Shown piece by piece: positions 1 to 9,514 of a stretch of DNA of 58,707 nucleotides (its first letter is position 1; the number at the start of each line of letters is the position of its first letter). The notes beneath the pieces are model-generated. The model had not been told where the DNA came from, made no database searches, and was given only the letters and a program-made list of their open reading frames with translations. Origin of the DNA: Steroidobacteraceae bacterium. Its GTDB lineage: Bacteria; Pseudomonadota; Gammaproteobacteria; Steroidobacterales; Steroidobacteraceae. The stretch lies in the NCBI GenBank assembly GCA_035937715.1, contig DASZHQ010000023.1:1-58707 (forward strand), in the 5' to 3' direction. The position numbers were made by a program, and so were the translations under genes.

Positions 1-202
1 GCTTGTCGGCGCGCGCGACTTCCACCCAGCGCGCCGCGCGTGATCCGGCGCGCGCAAGTGCGGCGTGCACCTCGGAGAGATCCGCGAGCGCTTCTCCGGA
101 GGCATCGGCCTCCGGACGCAGCGTCGCGGCGCGCAGCTGCGTGCGCAATTCCGCCAGGGCATTCGCGCCGTTTGCCCTCCCAGTCGCCGCACTCACCGTC
201 AT
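1..202 (-). CDS. 5' fragment of a gene running off the left edge. N-terminus reads MTVSAATGRANGANALAELRTQLRAATLRPEADASGEALADL... Possibly PutA-like, given the divergent Lrp-family regulator.
   Basis: ATG at 200-202 on the minus strand. The frame stays open to the window edge with strong G/C third-position bias. The product guess rests on context only. Confidence 0.3.
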   Translation of the reverse strand, partial: MTVSAATGRANGANALAELRTQLRAATLRPEADASGEALADLSEVHAALARAGSRAARWVEVARADK

Positions 203-298
203 ATCCAGCCCGTTTCCTGAATAGTCAATTATGCTTATTCTAGCTGCACAATCAGAGATAAATTATCCATTTTGGCCGATTTATCAGTAGAATTTACT
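203..298. promoter_or_regulatory. AT-rich divergent intergenic/promoter region between the left-edge gene and the Lrp-family regulator
   Basis: A conspicuous drop in GC (tgaatagtcaattatgcttattctagctgcacaatcagagataaattatccatttt...) between two divergently oriented coding regions. Confidence 0.4.
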
Positions 299-808
299 AT
301 GATGGGGTACAGGAAAACCGCCGCGACCGCGGTTGCCAGCGAGCGCGGTCTTGATCGCATCGACCGACGCCTGCTCGCGCGGCTGCAGCAGGATGGCCGG
401 GTGGCGGTCTCGCAGCTCGCGCGCGAGGTGCACCTCACAGTGACCCCGACCCTCGAGCGCGTGCGGCGCCTGGAGTCTTCCGGTTACATCGAGGGGTACT
501 TTGCACGGCTGAGCCCGGGACGCCTGGGATTGGGCCTGCTCGCCTACGTCGAGGTCTCGCTCGATCGCACCACGCCCGATGCCTTCGAGCGCTTCAAGCA
601 GGTGATGCTGGCGCACGACGAGGTGATGGAGTGCCACATGGTGGCGGGCGGATTCGACTACCTGCTGAAGGTGCGCGTCACCGACATGGAGAGCTACCGG
701 CGCTTTCTCGGCGATCGCATTGCCGCGGTGCGCGGCGTGCAGCAGACCCACACCTACTTCGTCATGGAAGAGGTCAAGTCGACGCACCGGATCATCGTGC
801 CGGAGTGA
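299..808 (+). CDS. Lrp/AsnC family transcriptional regulator
   Basis: ORF 272..808. It has an N-terminal HTH (LDRIDRRLLARLQQDGRVAVSQLAREVHLT) and an AsnC-type C-terminal domain. Position 272 is TTG; I prefer the ATG pair at 299/302. Confidence 0.85.
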   Translation: MMGYRKTAATAVASERGLDRIDRRLLARLQQDGRVAVSQLAREVHLTVTPTLERVRRLESSGYIEGYFARLSPGRLGLGLLAYVEVSLDRTTPDAFERFKQVMLAHDEVMECHMVAGGFDYLLKVRVTDMESYRRFLGDRIAAVRGVQQTHTYFVMEEVKSTHRIIVPE

Positions 809-866
809 GCCGGCGGTGCGCGCCACAGTGCCGGCACGACAACGCCGCCGACGTCGCGGCATGCGC

Positions 867-2063
867 CTAAGCCGCGAGCACCTGGGCCACCGCGCGTGCG
901 AAGTACTCGAGGTTCTCCTGCCGCAGCCCGGCGACGTTCATGCGGCTGTCCTCGGTCATGTAGACGTGATGGCGCTCGCGCAGCGCGCGTACCTGCGCAC
1001 TGCTGATGCCGCAGAAGGAGAACATGCCGCGCTGCGTGGCGATGAAGTCGAAATCACGCTGCGGACAGTGTGCCTTAAGTTGCTGCACCACCTCGTGCCG
1101 CAGGCCCTGGATGCGGCGGCGCATGCTGGCGAGCTCCTCCATCCATTGCGAACGCAGGGACTCATCGCCCAGGATCCCGTGCACGATGGCGGCGCCGTGA
1201 TCCGGCGGCATCGACCAGATGCCGCGCGCCAGGCGCACCATCTGGCTCAGCGCGGCGTCTGCTGCCGCGGGCGATTCACCGACGAGGTGCAGTGAGCCGG
1301 TGCGCTCGCGGTACAGGCCGAAGTTTTTCGAGCAGGACACCGCGAACAGCACTTCGGGGAGCTCGGCGCAGAGCAGCCGCAGCCCGAAGGCGTCTGCGTC
1401 GAGGCCTTCGCCCAGTCCCTGGTAGGCCATGTCGATGAAGGGGAGGAGCTGGCGGCGCTTCACCAGTGAGAGCAGCTCGCGCCATTGCGCCTGCGACAGA
1501 TCCGCCCCGGTCGGGTTGTGACACGAGGCATGCAGCAGCACCACCGTGCGCGCCGGCAGGCGCTCGAGCGCCGCAGTCATGGCGTGGAACTGCACTCCGC
1601 CGGTAGCGGCATCGAAATATGGGTAGCGCTCCAGTTTCAATCCGCTGCCCGCGAGCAGCGGCGTGTGGTTCGCCCAGGTTGGCGTGCTCACGTGCACGAC
1701 CGCATCCGGGCAGGCCGCGCGGATGAGCTCCGCTCCGAGGCGCAGGGCACCGCAGCCCCCAGGCGCCTGCACGCTGCGCACGCGTCCCGCCGTAAGTGCC
1801 GGATGCGCCGCCCCGAGCACCAGCCGCTCCATGGCCTGATTGAATCCCGCGTTACCGGCTGGCCCCACATAGCTCTTGGTCGTCTGGCGCTCGAACAGTG
1901 CGCTTTCCGCCTGCTGTACGGCGCCGAGCACCGGCGTGTCGCCATGCTCGTCGCGATACACCCCGATGCCCAGATCCACCTTGCGTGCATCGGGGTCGGC
2001 GCGAAAGGCGGCCATCAGGCCGAGAATCGGATCGGGAACGACCGGCTCGAGACGCTCGAACAT
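867..2063 (-). CDS. Class I aspartate/aromatic amino acid aminotransferase
   Basis: 398 aa starting MFERLEPVVPDPILGL...VDLGIGVYRDE, with a SCSKNFGLYRERTG PLP-lysine region typical of the AspC/TyrB family. Confidence 0.9.
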   Translation of the reverse strand: MFERLEPVVPDPILGLMAAFRADPDARKVDLGIGVYRDEHGDTPVLGAVQQAESALFERQTTKSYVGPAGNAGFNQAMERLVLGAAHPALTAGRVRSVQAPGGCGALRLGAELIRAACPDAVVHVSTPTWANHTPLLAGSGLKLERYPYFDAATGGVQFHAMTAALERLPARTVVLLHASCHNPTGADLSQAQWRELLSLVKRRQLLPFIDMAYQGLGEGLDADAFGLRLLCAELPEVLFAVSCSKNFGLYRERTGSLHLVGESPAAADAALSQMVRLARGIWSMPPDHGAAIVHGILGDESLRSQWMEELASMRRRIQGLRHEVVQQLKAHCPQRDFDFIATQRGMFSFCGISSAQVRALRERHHVYMTEDSRMNVAGLRQENLEYFARAVAQVLAA

Positions 2064-2252
2064 GCACCTGACTCCGTATTGACTACTGGCCGCTCAGCGT
2101 GGCGAGCGCGCGCTTGCGCCATGCCGCAACGGTAGCATGCAGCCAACCCGACGCGTACGGCCTCATTCCTTGCGCCTGCCTCTCCAGCGGCGGAAGCGCC
2201 AGTGCCGTAGCCCAACAAAAACAACCCCCGAGCGGCGTCCCGTGATCCCCTG

Positions 2253-4766
2253 GTGCCGCGCCTGCGGCGTCCTGGCGGGCCGTTTCGGGCTGGTGGCCCG
2301 GCCGATGTGTCTGGACGCATCCGGCACCGCCTCTCTACACTCGCTGCGCATCCGACCAAGCGGATCAGGAGTTCGATTCTGCGGCTGTGGGGTTTCATTT
2401 GCTTCGCGGCCGCAACGCTGCCGGTCGTCGCGTCTGCCGCCGAGGCGACGGCGGCTTCTCCCAGCAATCCGGCGACTGCCCAGGAGCTTCCGCAGGTCAC
2501 GGTGATCGGTACCACGCCGCTACCGGGTCTCGGCCTGCCTCTGAATCAGATACCCGCAAATGTACAGACCGCCGACAGCAGGGACATGCAGCGTCAGCAG
2601 GCTCTGGGTCTGGCGGATTACCTGAACAACAACTTCAGCGGCGTCAACGTCAGCGAGAGTGCCGACAACCCGTTTCAACTGGACATCAATTACCACGGGT
2701 TCACGGCGTCGCCGCTTCTGGGTACGCCCGAGGGCCTGTCGGTTTACGTGGATGGTGTGCGCGTCAATGAGTCATTCGGCGATACCGTCAATTGGGATCT
2801 GATCCCACGAGCGGCCGTTTCGACCGTAACCCTCATATCAGGCTCCAATCCCGTGTTCGGGCTCAATACCCTTGGCGGAGCGCTCTCGGTACGGACCAAG
2901 AGCGGACATGATGACCCGGGGACCGTGTTCGAGGCGTACGGTGGGTCTTTCGGCAGGCGGTCCTTCGAAGGGGAGACGGGCGGAGAGTTCGGCAACTTCG
3001 ACTATTTTCTGACAGGAAATTACTTCGACGAGACCGGTTGGCGTGATAACTCGCCGACGCGCCTCTATCAGGGCTTCGCCAAGGCTGGCTGGCAAAACGA
3101 CAGGACTGACATCGACCTGAGCTACACCTATGCGGACACCCGCCTGTACGGTAATGCTGCCCTGCCCACCAGCATGTTGGATTTTCGCCGCCAGGCAAGC
3201 TACACGCCCGACTTCACGCAGAACCTCCTCAATTTCGTGAATCTCACCGGCACGCAGTTCTTGACGGAGAAGTTGCTCCTGTCGGGGAGCATCTACTATC
3301 GCCATCTGCTGACGCGTGCCATCAACGGCAATATCAACGACAGCTACCTCGATAACAGCTACACCGGACCGCCCTTCGATTGCACGGCACCGCCCACCAG
3401 TCGAGCGGACCTCGCCTACTGCGCATCGGGCCAAAACGCCACCTCGCGGCTGACCCAGCGCACTAAAGGCCTCGGCGCACAGCTCACCGATTCCCAGAAT
3501 TTGTTCGGCTGGGCCAACCAGGCGATCCTGGGTGCGGACTACAGCGACTCGCGCGACACGTTTGTCCAGTCACAGCAGTATGGGCCGCTGTCGCCGCAGC
3601 GGATGCTCATCTACGAAGTCACTCCGTTCAACAATGAAACGGTCATCGCGCTCAGCGGAGACAACAAGATCTATGGGGTGTATGCGACCGACAACCTCTC
3701 GCCGAACAAGCTGCTGCATTTCTCGCTGTCCATTCGCTACAACCGCAGCACGGAGACACTCAACGGATACAGTGTGGACACGCATGTGGCCGATGTCGGC
3801 TCAGGATTTGACGAGGCGAGGCCTGTGATCGGCGATCATACGTTCAGCCGCGTCAATCCGGCTTTCGGATTCACGCTGACGCCGAGCGACGCCCTGACCC
3901 TTTTTGCCGACTATAACCAGGCGAGTCGTGCACCGACGGCAATTGAGCTCGGCTGCGCCAATTCCGCGGCGCCGTGCGGTCTGCCCAACGCCTTCGCAGG
4001 CGACCCGGGCTTGGACCAGGTGGTCGCGCGAACCTTCGAGGCGGGCGTACGGGGTAGTCTGCCCGATCAACGGCTGGTGTGGAGCGCAGATCTGTTCCAC
4101 ACCGTCAATAGGAATGATATCCAGTTTGTCGCGACCGCCGCCAACCAGGGCTATTTCACCAACGTTGGCAGTACGCGCCGGCAGGGACTTGATCTGGCGT
4201 TGGGCGGCAGACAAGGCGGCCTGCACTGGCAGACGGCGTATAGCTTCGTCGATGCCACCTTTCAGTCGAAGTTTGAAGTCAGTGCCAATTCGAACAGCAG
4301 CGCCGATGCCGACGGAAACATTCTCGTTCGCCCCGGAGATCGGATTCCGCTGATTCCGCGGCATACGGGCCGGCTAGTCCTCGACTACGAGCTGAGTAAA
4401 CGCTGGGAGGTGGGTGGCAACCTGGTGGTGGCCTCCGGCTCTTACCTACATGGAAATGAGAACAATGCCAATCAGGTCGGTGGCACCAACGGTGGGGGCG
4501 CTCATATCACAGGAACCGGATCGATTCCCGGTTACGCCGTGGTCAATTTGCAAAGCACCTGGCACATAAGGAAAAACGCCGAGGTTTTCGCCCACCTCGT
4601 CAACTTGTTTGACCGGGAGTATTCCACGGCCGGATTCCTGACCCGCGACGCGTTCAACCCAAACGGGTCCTTCATCCCAAATCGGGCGAATTGGACCAAT
4701 GAAAACGCAGTTTCACCCGCGCAGCCGCGCGCCATTTGGGCAGGGATGCGAATACGCCTGGATTGA
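2253..4766 (+). CDS. TonB-dependent outer membrane receptor
   Basis: Signal-like segment LRLWGFICFAAATLPVVASA, a plug start ELPQVTVIGT, and a long beta-barrel with typical TBDT motifs. The true start is probably near 2379 (non-ATG, after AGGAG); 2253 is the maximal ORF. Confidence 0.85.
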   Translation: MPRLRRPGGPFRAGGPADVSGRIRHRLSTLAAHPTKRIRSSILRLWGFICFAAATLPVVASAAEATAASPSNPATAQELPQVTVIGTTPLPGLGLPLNQIPANVQTADSRDMQRQQALGLADYLNNNFSGVNVSESADNPFQLDINYHGFTASPLLGTPEGLSVYVDGVRVNESFGDTVNWDLIPRAAVSTVTLISGSNPVFGLNTLGGALSVRTKSGHDDPGTVFEAYGGSFGRRSFEGETGGEFGNFDYFLTGNYFDETGWRDNSPTRLYQGFAKAGWQNDRTDIDLSYTYADTRLYGNAALPTSMLDFRRQASYTPDFTQNLLNFVNLTGTQFLTEKLLLSGSIYYRHLLTRAINGNINDSYLDNSYTGPPFDCTAPPTSRADLAYCASGQNATSRLTQRTKGLGAQLTDSQNLFGWANQAILGADYSDSRDTFVQSQQYGPLSPQRMLIYEVTPFNNETVIALSGDNKIYGVYATDNLSPNKLLHFSLSIRYNRSTETLNGYSVDTHVADVGSGFDEARPVIGDHTFSRVNPAFGFTLTPSDALTLFADYNQASRAPTAIELGCANSAAPCGLPNAFAGDPGLDQVVARTFEAGVRGSLPDQRLVWSADLFHTVNRNDIQFVATAANQGYFTNVGSTRRQGLDLALGGRQGGLHWQTAYSFVDATFQSKFEVSANSNSSADADGNILVRPGDRIPLIPRHTGRLVLDYELSKRWEVGGNLVVASGSYLHGNENNANQVGGTNGGGAHITGTGSIPGYAVVNLQSTWHIRKNAEVFAHLVNLFDREYSTAGFLTRDAFNPNGSFIPNRANWTNENAVSPAQPRAIWAGMRIRLD

Positions 4767-4961
4767 GGCAGCGTTACCCCGCTAGCGCGTTGACGAGCAA
4801 GCGAAAGCTCCGCCTGGTGAGCGAAGTCCAGCACCGCCCATGTGCCCTGTCGGAGCCATGCGCGCCTCTGCCGAGACAGCGTCGTGAGGCAGGAGTAACA
4901 TGGATGGCCGACCGACCTGTCGCACGCGGCGCGCCGCCCGGAAACAACCCGCACCAGCACC

Positions 4962-6053
4962 ATGAAGCGCGATGCCAGGAGCCTCCTCGTCGCCGGAGCC
5001 TCGATGTTCGGGCGTGCAGCCCTCGTCGGCGCCCTGCTCGCCTACGCGGCACTGATCCCCGCCTCGGCTGACGGTCCGACGCCGGCCTCCGCGGTGCAGT
5101 TCGGGGGACAGTGCGCGGAAGGGTTGTCTCAGGGCCGGCATGTCATGACCAACTGCACCTCGACCTGGACGGCCAAGGACGGCAAGGTCTACTGCTTCAG
5201 CAGCGAGTCGGCCAGGAAGGCATTCCTCGAGCACCCGGACGCGAATCTGCAGAAGGCGCGCGACTTCATCGCCGCCAGCAGTGTCGAATCGACCGAGAAG
5301 GCGATGCAGGACTTCGACAGTGCAGATGCGGAGGCGCTGGTCAAGGCACTCATCGACGCAAAAACCAAGGCGAATAGCGGCATATTTCCGCTGCAAGACC
5401 CGCTCAACGGCGAGCAGCTCAAACTCGTTTTCGACGCCATCGACTTCACGCGCACCATCGATGGGTACGGCTTCTTTCCCGACGTGAAGTTTCACGATCA
5501 GGCCGAGGCACAGAAGCGCTACCTGATCGATTTCTGGGTGGCACCGGCCGACGGACAGCTCAAAGTCCAGGAGATCCGCATCTACAAGGAACCGATCAAG
5601 AGTGACGGCGCCTGGGCTGTGACGGCGCGCTCGCCGGTGCCGTGGTGGTGGATTCCCGCTTCCGAGCACCCCGGACACGTCGCCAACAAACGCGGCTGGG
5701 AAGTGATGTCGGCCGTCGAACAGGGGGCGCTCGCCGAGGCGGCGAAGAACAACGGCGTGTTCAAGCTCAAGGATGACAAGACCGGCAAGGTGCTGGATCT
5801 CGAGTTCATCGACACGCATCAGCCGATCCGGCAGCTCGACGAGAACGGGCATTACTTTGCCTGTACCGACTTTCGCGCGGTCGGTACCAAGGACCAGATC
5901 TACGACATCGACTTCTGGATCACCGACAAGGACGGCAAGATGACCATCGAGCAGACCCGCGTGCACAAGGTGCCGGAGCTCAAGGATGGCAAGTGGGTAC
6001 AGGTGCCGCGCTACGAGTGGAAGGATCTCGGCAGCTCCCACGTCGTTCCCTGA
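4962..6053 (+). CDS. Secreted hypothetical protein: N-terminal YHS-like module plus two tandem copies of an uncharacterised domain of about 72 aa
   Basis: Signal peptide ending ALIPASA. YHS-like segment GGQCAEGLSQG...WTAKDGKVYCFSSESARKAFLEHPDANLQKA. Internal repeats at aa 141-212 and 265-338 share F.L.D...G..L.L.F...DG...Y.IDFW...DG...R..K.P. Confidence 0.7.
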   Translation: MKRDARSLLVAGASMFGRAALVGALLAYAALIPASADGPTPASAVQFGGQCAEGLSQGRHVMTNCTSTWTAKDGKVYCFSSESARKAFLEHPDANLQKARDFIAASSVESTEKAMQDFDSADAEALVKALIDAKTKANSGIFPLQDPLNGEQLKLVFDAIDFTRTIDGYGFFPDVKFHDQAEAQKRYLIDFWVAPADGQLKVQEIRIYKEPIKSDGAWAVTARSPVPWWWIPASEHPGHVANKRGWEVMSAVEQGALAEAAKNNGVFKLKDDKTGKVLDLEFIDTHQPIRQLDENGHYFACTDFRAVGTKDQIYDIDFWITDKDGKMTIEQTRVHKVPELKDGKWVQVPRYEWKDLGSSHVVP

Positions 6054-6107
6054 CTACTCGCGGCGCGCAGGCGCGGGTGGCTCATAGCCTGCACGCTGGA
6101 GGAACTG

Positions 6108-6497
6108 TCAGCGTGCCTGGCCGCCGAGGCGAAGCCATTGCGCGCCTGCCCGCTCGAGATAGGCGCGGGGGCCGTCGAGAAAAAACACCAATGACGTCGC
6201 ACTCGAGAAGCAGTAGAGCTTGCCCGCATCCGGATCGACCCAGTTGATGGAGCAATCCGCTGCGATCCTCACTCCGGCGGCAAGACCGAACGGGTCGTGG
6301 TTATCGAACTCCCCGTGCATCGTACCCGGCGGCGGCACGACTGCCTTCCAGATTCCGACGCGCTTCTGAGTCGTTGAGCGCTCCACGTCCCCCTCGCCGT
6401 CGTCGGCGGCCGCGATGGCCATCGAGGTCGCGTATGGACCGCTAACTGTCGCAGCTATTGCGAGCACCAGCAGACTCCGTAGCCATCCGCAGCTCAT
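6108..6497 (-). CDS. Small secreted YHS-like protein, paralogous to the N-terminal module of 4962..6053
   Basis: Signal peptide LRSLLVLAIAATVSG. Motif CSINWVDPDAGKLYCFSSATSLVFFLDGPRAYLERA. Its ATG overlaps the stop of the upstream beta-propeller gene (ATGA). Confidence 0.65.
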   Translation of the reverse strand: MSCGWLRSLLVLAIAATVSGPYATSMAIAAADDGEGDVERSTTQKRVGIWKAVVPPPGTMHGEFDNHDPFGLAAGVRIAADCSINWVDPDAGKLYCFSSATSLVFFLDGPRAYLERAGAQWLRLGGQAR

Positions 6498-7567
6498 TCA
6501 GGCACTACGGCCGCTACGATGCCCCAGGGACTGCCTCCGACTGCGATCTTGGCGTCGACGTGACCTGACCTCAGATCGACGACGGCGATATCGCCCGAGG
6601 GTCCATTGGCGGTGTAGGCCTTAGTCCCGTCGCGGCTCAAAGCCACGCCCCAGGGACGCTGTCCGACCTTGTCAATGGTCCTCAGGATCCGGCCGGTCTC
6701 TGCGTCGACCTCGAGCAGTGCACCAAATCGCCCGGTAGTGACGTAGAGCCGCCGACCATCCGGCGAGGCGATCCCCATCGGACGCACGACTTTCGGGTCA
6801 CCCAGTGCGATGGTCTTCAGGACCTTGTAATCGTCAGTGCTGAAAGCCGTGAGCGCCGCGCCAAATTCGCCGGTCACATAGCCGCGGTGGCCTTCCTTCG
6901 CCAGCAGAATGGCGCGCGGGCGCTTCTCGGTGGGAATCTTCGCGAGGACCTTCATGCCCTGCGCATCGACTACGTATACGGCGTTGGCAGTCTCGCAGGC
7001 GACGTAGACGATGCGATCATCGCGGCTCACCGCCACGCCTTCCGGCTCTGAACCCACGGCTACGGTGGCGCGCAACGTGCCCCTGTTCAGATCAACGGCC
7101 GACAGCATGCCCGTGTCTTCATTGGAGACGTACAACGCCTTGCCGTCGTGCGAAAGCGCAAAAGTCTCCGGATCCGCACCACTCGGGTAGGTACTGATCA
7201 GCTTCTGCGACTTGAGGTCGACCACGCCGATGCCGTCGTAGCGCCGGTCCGGCGGCGGAAGCTTCGATTCATCGACGTTCGGGCCGCCCATGGGCGAGCC
7301 CGACAGAGCCACGTACAGTCTCTGCTGGTCCGGGGAGAGCTGGATGCCGCGCGGGCGCTTACCCACCGCGATGCGCGCCACGACGCTGGCGTGCTGTGGA
7401 TCCACGATCACTACGTTGCCGCCCGTCTCATCGGAAACGTAGAGACGCTCCGCGGAAGAGGCGGCGTCATTCGCCCAGGCGCCCTGCCCCACGAGATTCA
7501 ACACCGTCAGGATCGCTGCGGCGCCGAGCTCATGCCAGCGGCCGCCAGGTGAGAGTCTCTCGCTCAT
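6494..7567 (-). CDS. YVTN-family beta-propeller repeat protein, of the class associated with PQQ-dependent catabolism
   Basis: Repeated ...YV(S/T/A)N/...G.V.V.D... blades and signal peptide AAAILTVLNLVGQGAWA. Start taken at MSERLS (ATG 7565-7567, preceded by AGGA) rather than ORF start 7597. Confidence 0.85.
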   Translation of the reverse strand: MSERLSPGGRWHELGAAAILTVLNLVGQGAWANDAASSAERLYVSDETGGNVVIVDPQHASVVARIAVGKRPRGIQLSPDQQRLYVALSGSPMGGPNVDESKLPPPDRRYDGIGVVDLKSQKLISTYPSGADPETFALSHDGKALYVSNEDTGMLSAVDLNRGTLRATVAVGSEPEGVAVSRDDRIVYVACETANAVYVVDAQGMKVLAKIPTEKRPRAILLAKEGHRGYVTGEFGAALTAFSTDDYKVLKTIALGDPKVVRPMGIASPDGRRLYVTTGRFGALLEVDAETGRILRTIDKVGQRPWGVALSRDGTKAYTANGPSGDIAVVDLRSGHVDAKIAVGGSPWGIVAAVVPE

Positions 7568-7720
7568 TGCATCATCCTGTTGCAGATCAGCGCACAAGAT
7601 ACCACTGCGCGCAAAGCGCGCCTTGAACCGCTCGGGTGCCGGAGCCGCCCGGGCGGTCTGGCGACGCGGCGCGGCGGCACGGCTGGGTAGGCCGCGGACG
7701 CCCGGGCCGGGAACTCCGGC

Positions 7721-8830
7721 TCAGTAAATGACAACGCTGCGGATCGAGGTACCGGCGTGCATCATGTCGAAAGCGTCGTTGATCTTATCGAGCGGCATCG
7801 TGTGCGTGATCAGCGGATCGATCGCTATCTTGCGGTCCATGTACCACTCCACGATCTTCGGCACGTCGGTGCGCCCGCGGGCGCCGCCGAACGCCGTTCC
7901 CTTCCACACACGGCCGGTCACCAGCTGGAAGGGCCGGGTCTTGATTTCCTGTCCGGCGCCGGCCACGCCGATGATGACCGACACGCCCCAGCCGCGGTGA
8001 CAGCATTCCAGCGCCTGGCGCATCAGGTTGACGTTGCCGATACATTCGAAGCTGTAGTCCGCGCCCCCGTCGGTGAGCGCGACGAGGTGCGCCACCAGGT
8101 CCCCCTCGACTTCCTTGGGGTTGACGAAATGGGTCATGCCGAACTTCTCGCCGAGCGCCTTGCGATTTGGGTTCAGATCGATGCCGATGATCTTGTTGGC
8201 GCCAGCCAGGCGCGCGCCCTGGATCACGTTGAGCCCGATACCGCCCAGGCCGAACACGGCGACGTTGGCGCCGGGCTCCACCTTGGCGGTATTGATCACC
8301 GCGCCGATCCCGGTGGTGACGCCGCAGCCGATGTAGCAGACCTTATCGAAGGGGGCGTCCTCGCGGATCTTGGCCACCGCGATCTCGGGCAGTACCGTGA
8401 AGTTGGAGAAGGTGGAGCAGCCCATGTAGTGATACACCTTCTCCTTGCCGAGGGAGAAGCGGCTCGTGCCGTCGGGCATCACACCCTTGCCCTGCGTGGC
8501 GCGGATCGCGGTACAAAGATTCGTCTTGCGCGACAGGCAGCTCTTGCACTGGCGGCACTCTGGCGTGTAGAGGGGAATGACGTGATCGCCGCTCTTCACC
8601 GAGGTGACCCCGGGTCCGACCTCGACCACGATGCCAGCGCCCTCGTGTCCGAGAATCGACGGGAACAGGCCCTCTGGGTCTCCTCCCGAGCGCGTGAACT
8701 CATCGGTGTGGCACACACCGGTTGCCTTGAGTTCCACCAGTACCTCGCCGGCCTTTGGCCCCTCGAGATCAACCATCACGACTTCGAGTGGCTTACCGGC
8801 AGCGTAGGCAATCGCAGCACGTGTTTTCAT
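7721..8830 (-). CDS. adhC: S-(hydroxymethyl)glutathione dehydrogenase / class III alcohol dehydrogenase
   Basis: [46 protein letters not shown]...GHEGAGIV...CRQCKSC, a hallmark class III Zn-ADH. ATG at 8828-8830 is preceded by AGGAAC. Confidence 0.95.
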   Translation of the reverse strand: MKTRAAIAYAAGKPLEVVMVDLEGPKAGEVLVELKATGVCHTDEFTRSGGDPEGLFPSILGHEGAGIVVEVGPGVTSVKSGDHVIPLYTPECRQCKSCLSRKTNLCTAIRATQGKGVMPDGTSRFSLGKEKVYHYMGCSTFSNFTVLPEIAVAKIREDAPFDKVCYIGCGVTTGIGAVINTAKVEPGANVAVFGLGGIGLNVIQGARLAGANKIIGIDLNPNRKALGEKFGMTHFVNPKEVEGDLVAHLVALTDGGADYSFECIGNVNLMRQALECCHRGWGVSVIIGVAGAGQEIKTRPFQLVTGRVWKGTAFGGARGRTDVPKIVEWYMDRKIAIDPLITHTMPLDKINDAFDMMHAGTSIRSVVIY

Positions 8831-8892
8831 GGCTGACAGGTTCCTGATGGCCCCGCGCACCAGCGCGGGGCTTTGAGTTCACAAACGTTCCT

Positions 8893-9474
8893 CTACGCGG
8901 CCAGCACGCCTTTGGCTTTCGCCGTGTGCGTGGCGATCAGATCCATCAGCGCTGGCGACAGGCAATCATAGGGTTCGAGCCCGAGTTCCTTAAGCCTGGC
9001 GCGGATGGCACCCATCTGATCCGGCTTGGTGCCCGACTCGATGATCGAGGACACGAAGGCCGCAAAGCGCGGCTCCTCCCAACCTTGATCCTTCGAAAGC
9101 TCGGTGTGGAAGAAGTCGAAGCCGTAGAACGGGTGCGCCTTGTTCTCGATGCGCCCGTACATGTGCACCCCGCAGCCGGTGCAGGCATAGCGCTGGATCG
9201 GGGCCTTCTCGTCCACAATCTTCAGCTTCTGACCGTTGGCAGTCACCGAGACCTTGTCGCGCCCGGCGACACCGACGATGGAGAACTGCGCGCCCGCGGG
9301 CTTCCAGCACTTGGTGCAGCCGCAGGCGTGATTGAAGGCCACGTTCGATCCGATGCGCACCGTCACCGGGTTGCTCGTGCACTTGCAGGTGAGCGTGCCG
9401 CCAGCGAAGCCCGCCGTGCCCTTCTTGACTCCGTTATCAACCATCGGGTGAATCTTGGTTGCCATCTTAGTCAT
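8893..9474 (-). CDS. gfa: S-(hydroxymethyl)glutathione synthase (glutathione-dependent formaldehyde-activating enzyme)
   Basis: Collinear similarity, from my recollection of Paracoccus Gfa: KIHPMVDNG...GGTLTCKC...[11 protein letters not shown]...[14 protein letters not shown]...FVSSIIESG...LGLEPYD. Confidence 0.95.
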   Translation of the reverse strand: MTKMATKIHPMVDNGVKKGTAGFAGGTLTCKCTSNPVTVRIGSNVAFNHACGCTKCWKPAGAQFSIVGVAGRDKVSVTANGQKLKIVDEKAPIQRYACTGCGVHMYGRIENKAHPFYGFDFFHTELSKDQGWEEPRFAAFVSSIIESGTKPDQMGAIRARLKELGLEPYDCLSPALMDLIATHTAKAKGVLAA

Positions 9475-9514
9475 GCCTCGCCTCTGGGTTTGAATACGAC
9501 GTCAAGAGTTCCGC

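Noticed and set aside
2064-2252. Looked for a Fur box or other known operator upstream of the TonB-dependent receptor
   Set aside because: No 19-bp GATAATGATAATCATTATC-like sequence is visible by eye, so there is nothing to report as a feature.
7757-8836. Long ORFs antisense to, or overlapping, well-supported genes. Examples: 7757..8836+, 4782..6041-, 12122..13468+, 14350..15654+, 16588..17538+, 25182..26261-, 28794..30125+, 34236..35909+, 36309..37760-, 38481..39695-, 39726..40718-, 42424..43926+, 48193..49605+, 51785..52669+, 55851..57044+.
   Set aside because: Their translations are Arg/Ala/Gly/Pro-rich low-complexity strings with no family resemblance. Each lies opposite a gene with strong motif evidence. 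This is typical stop-codon depletion in GC-rich DNA.
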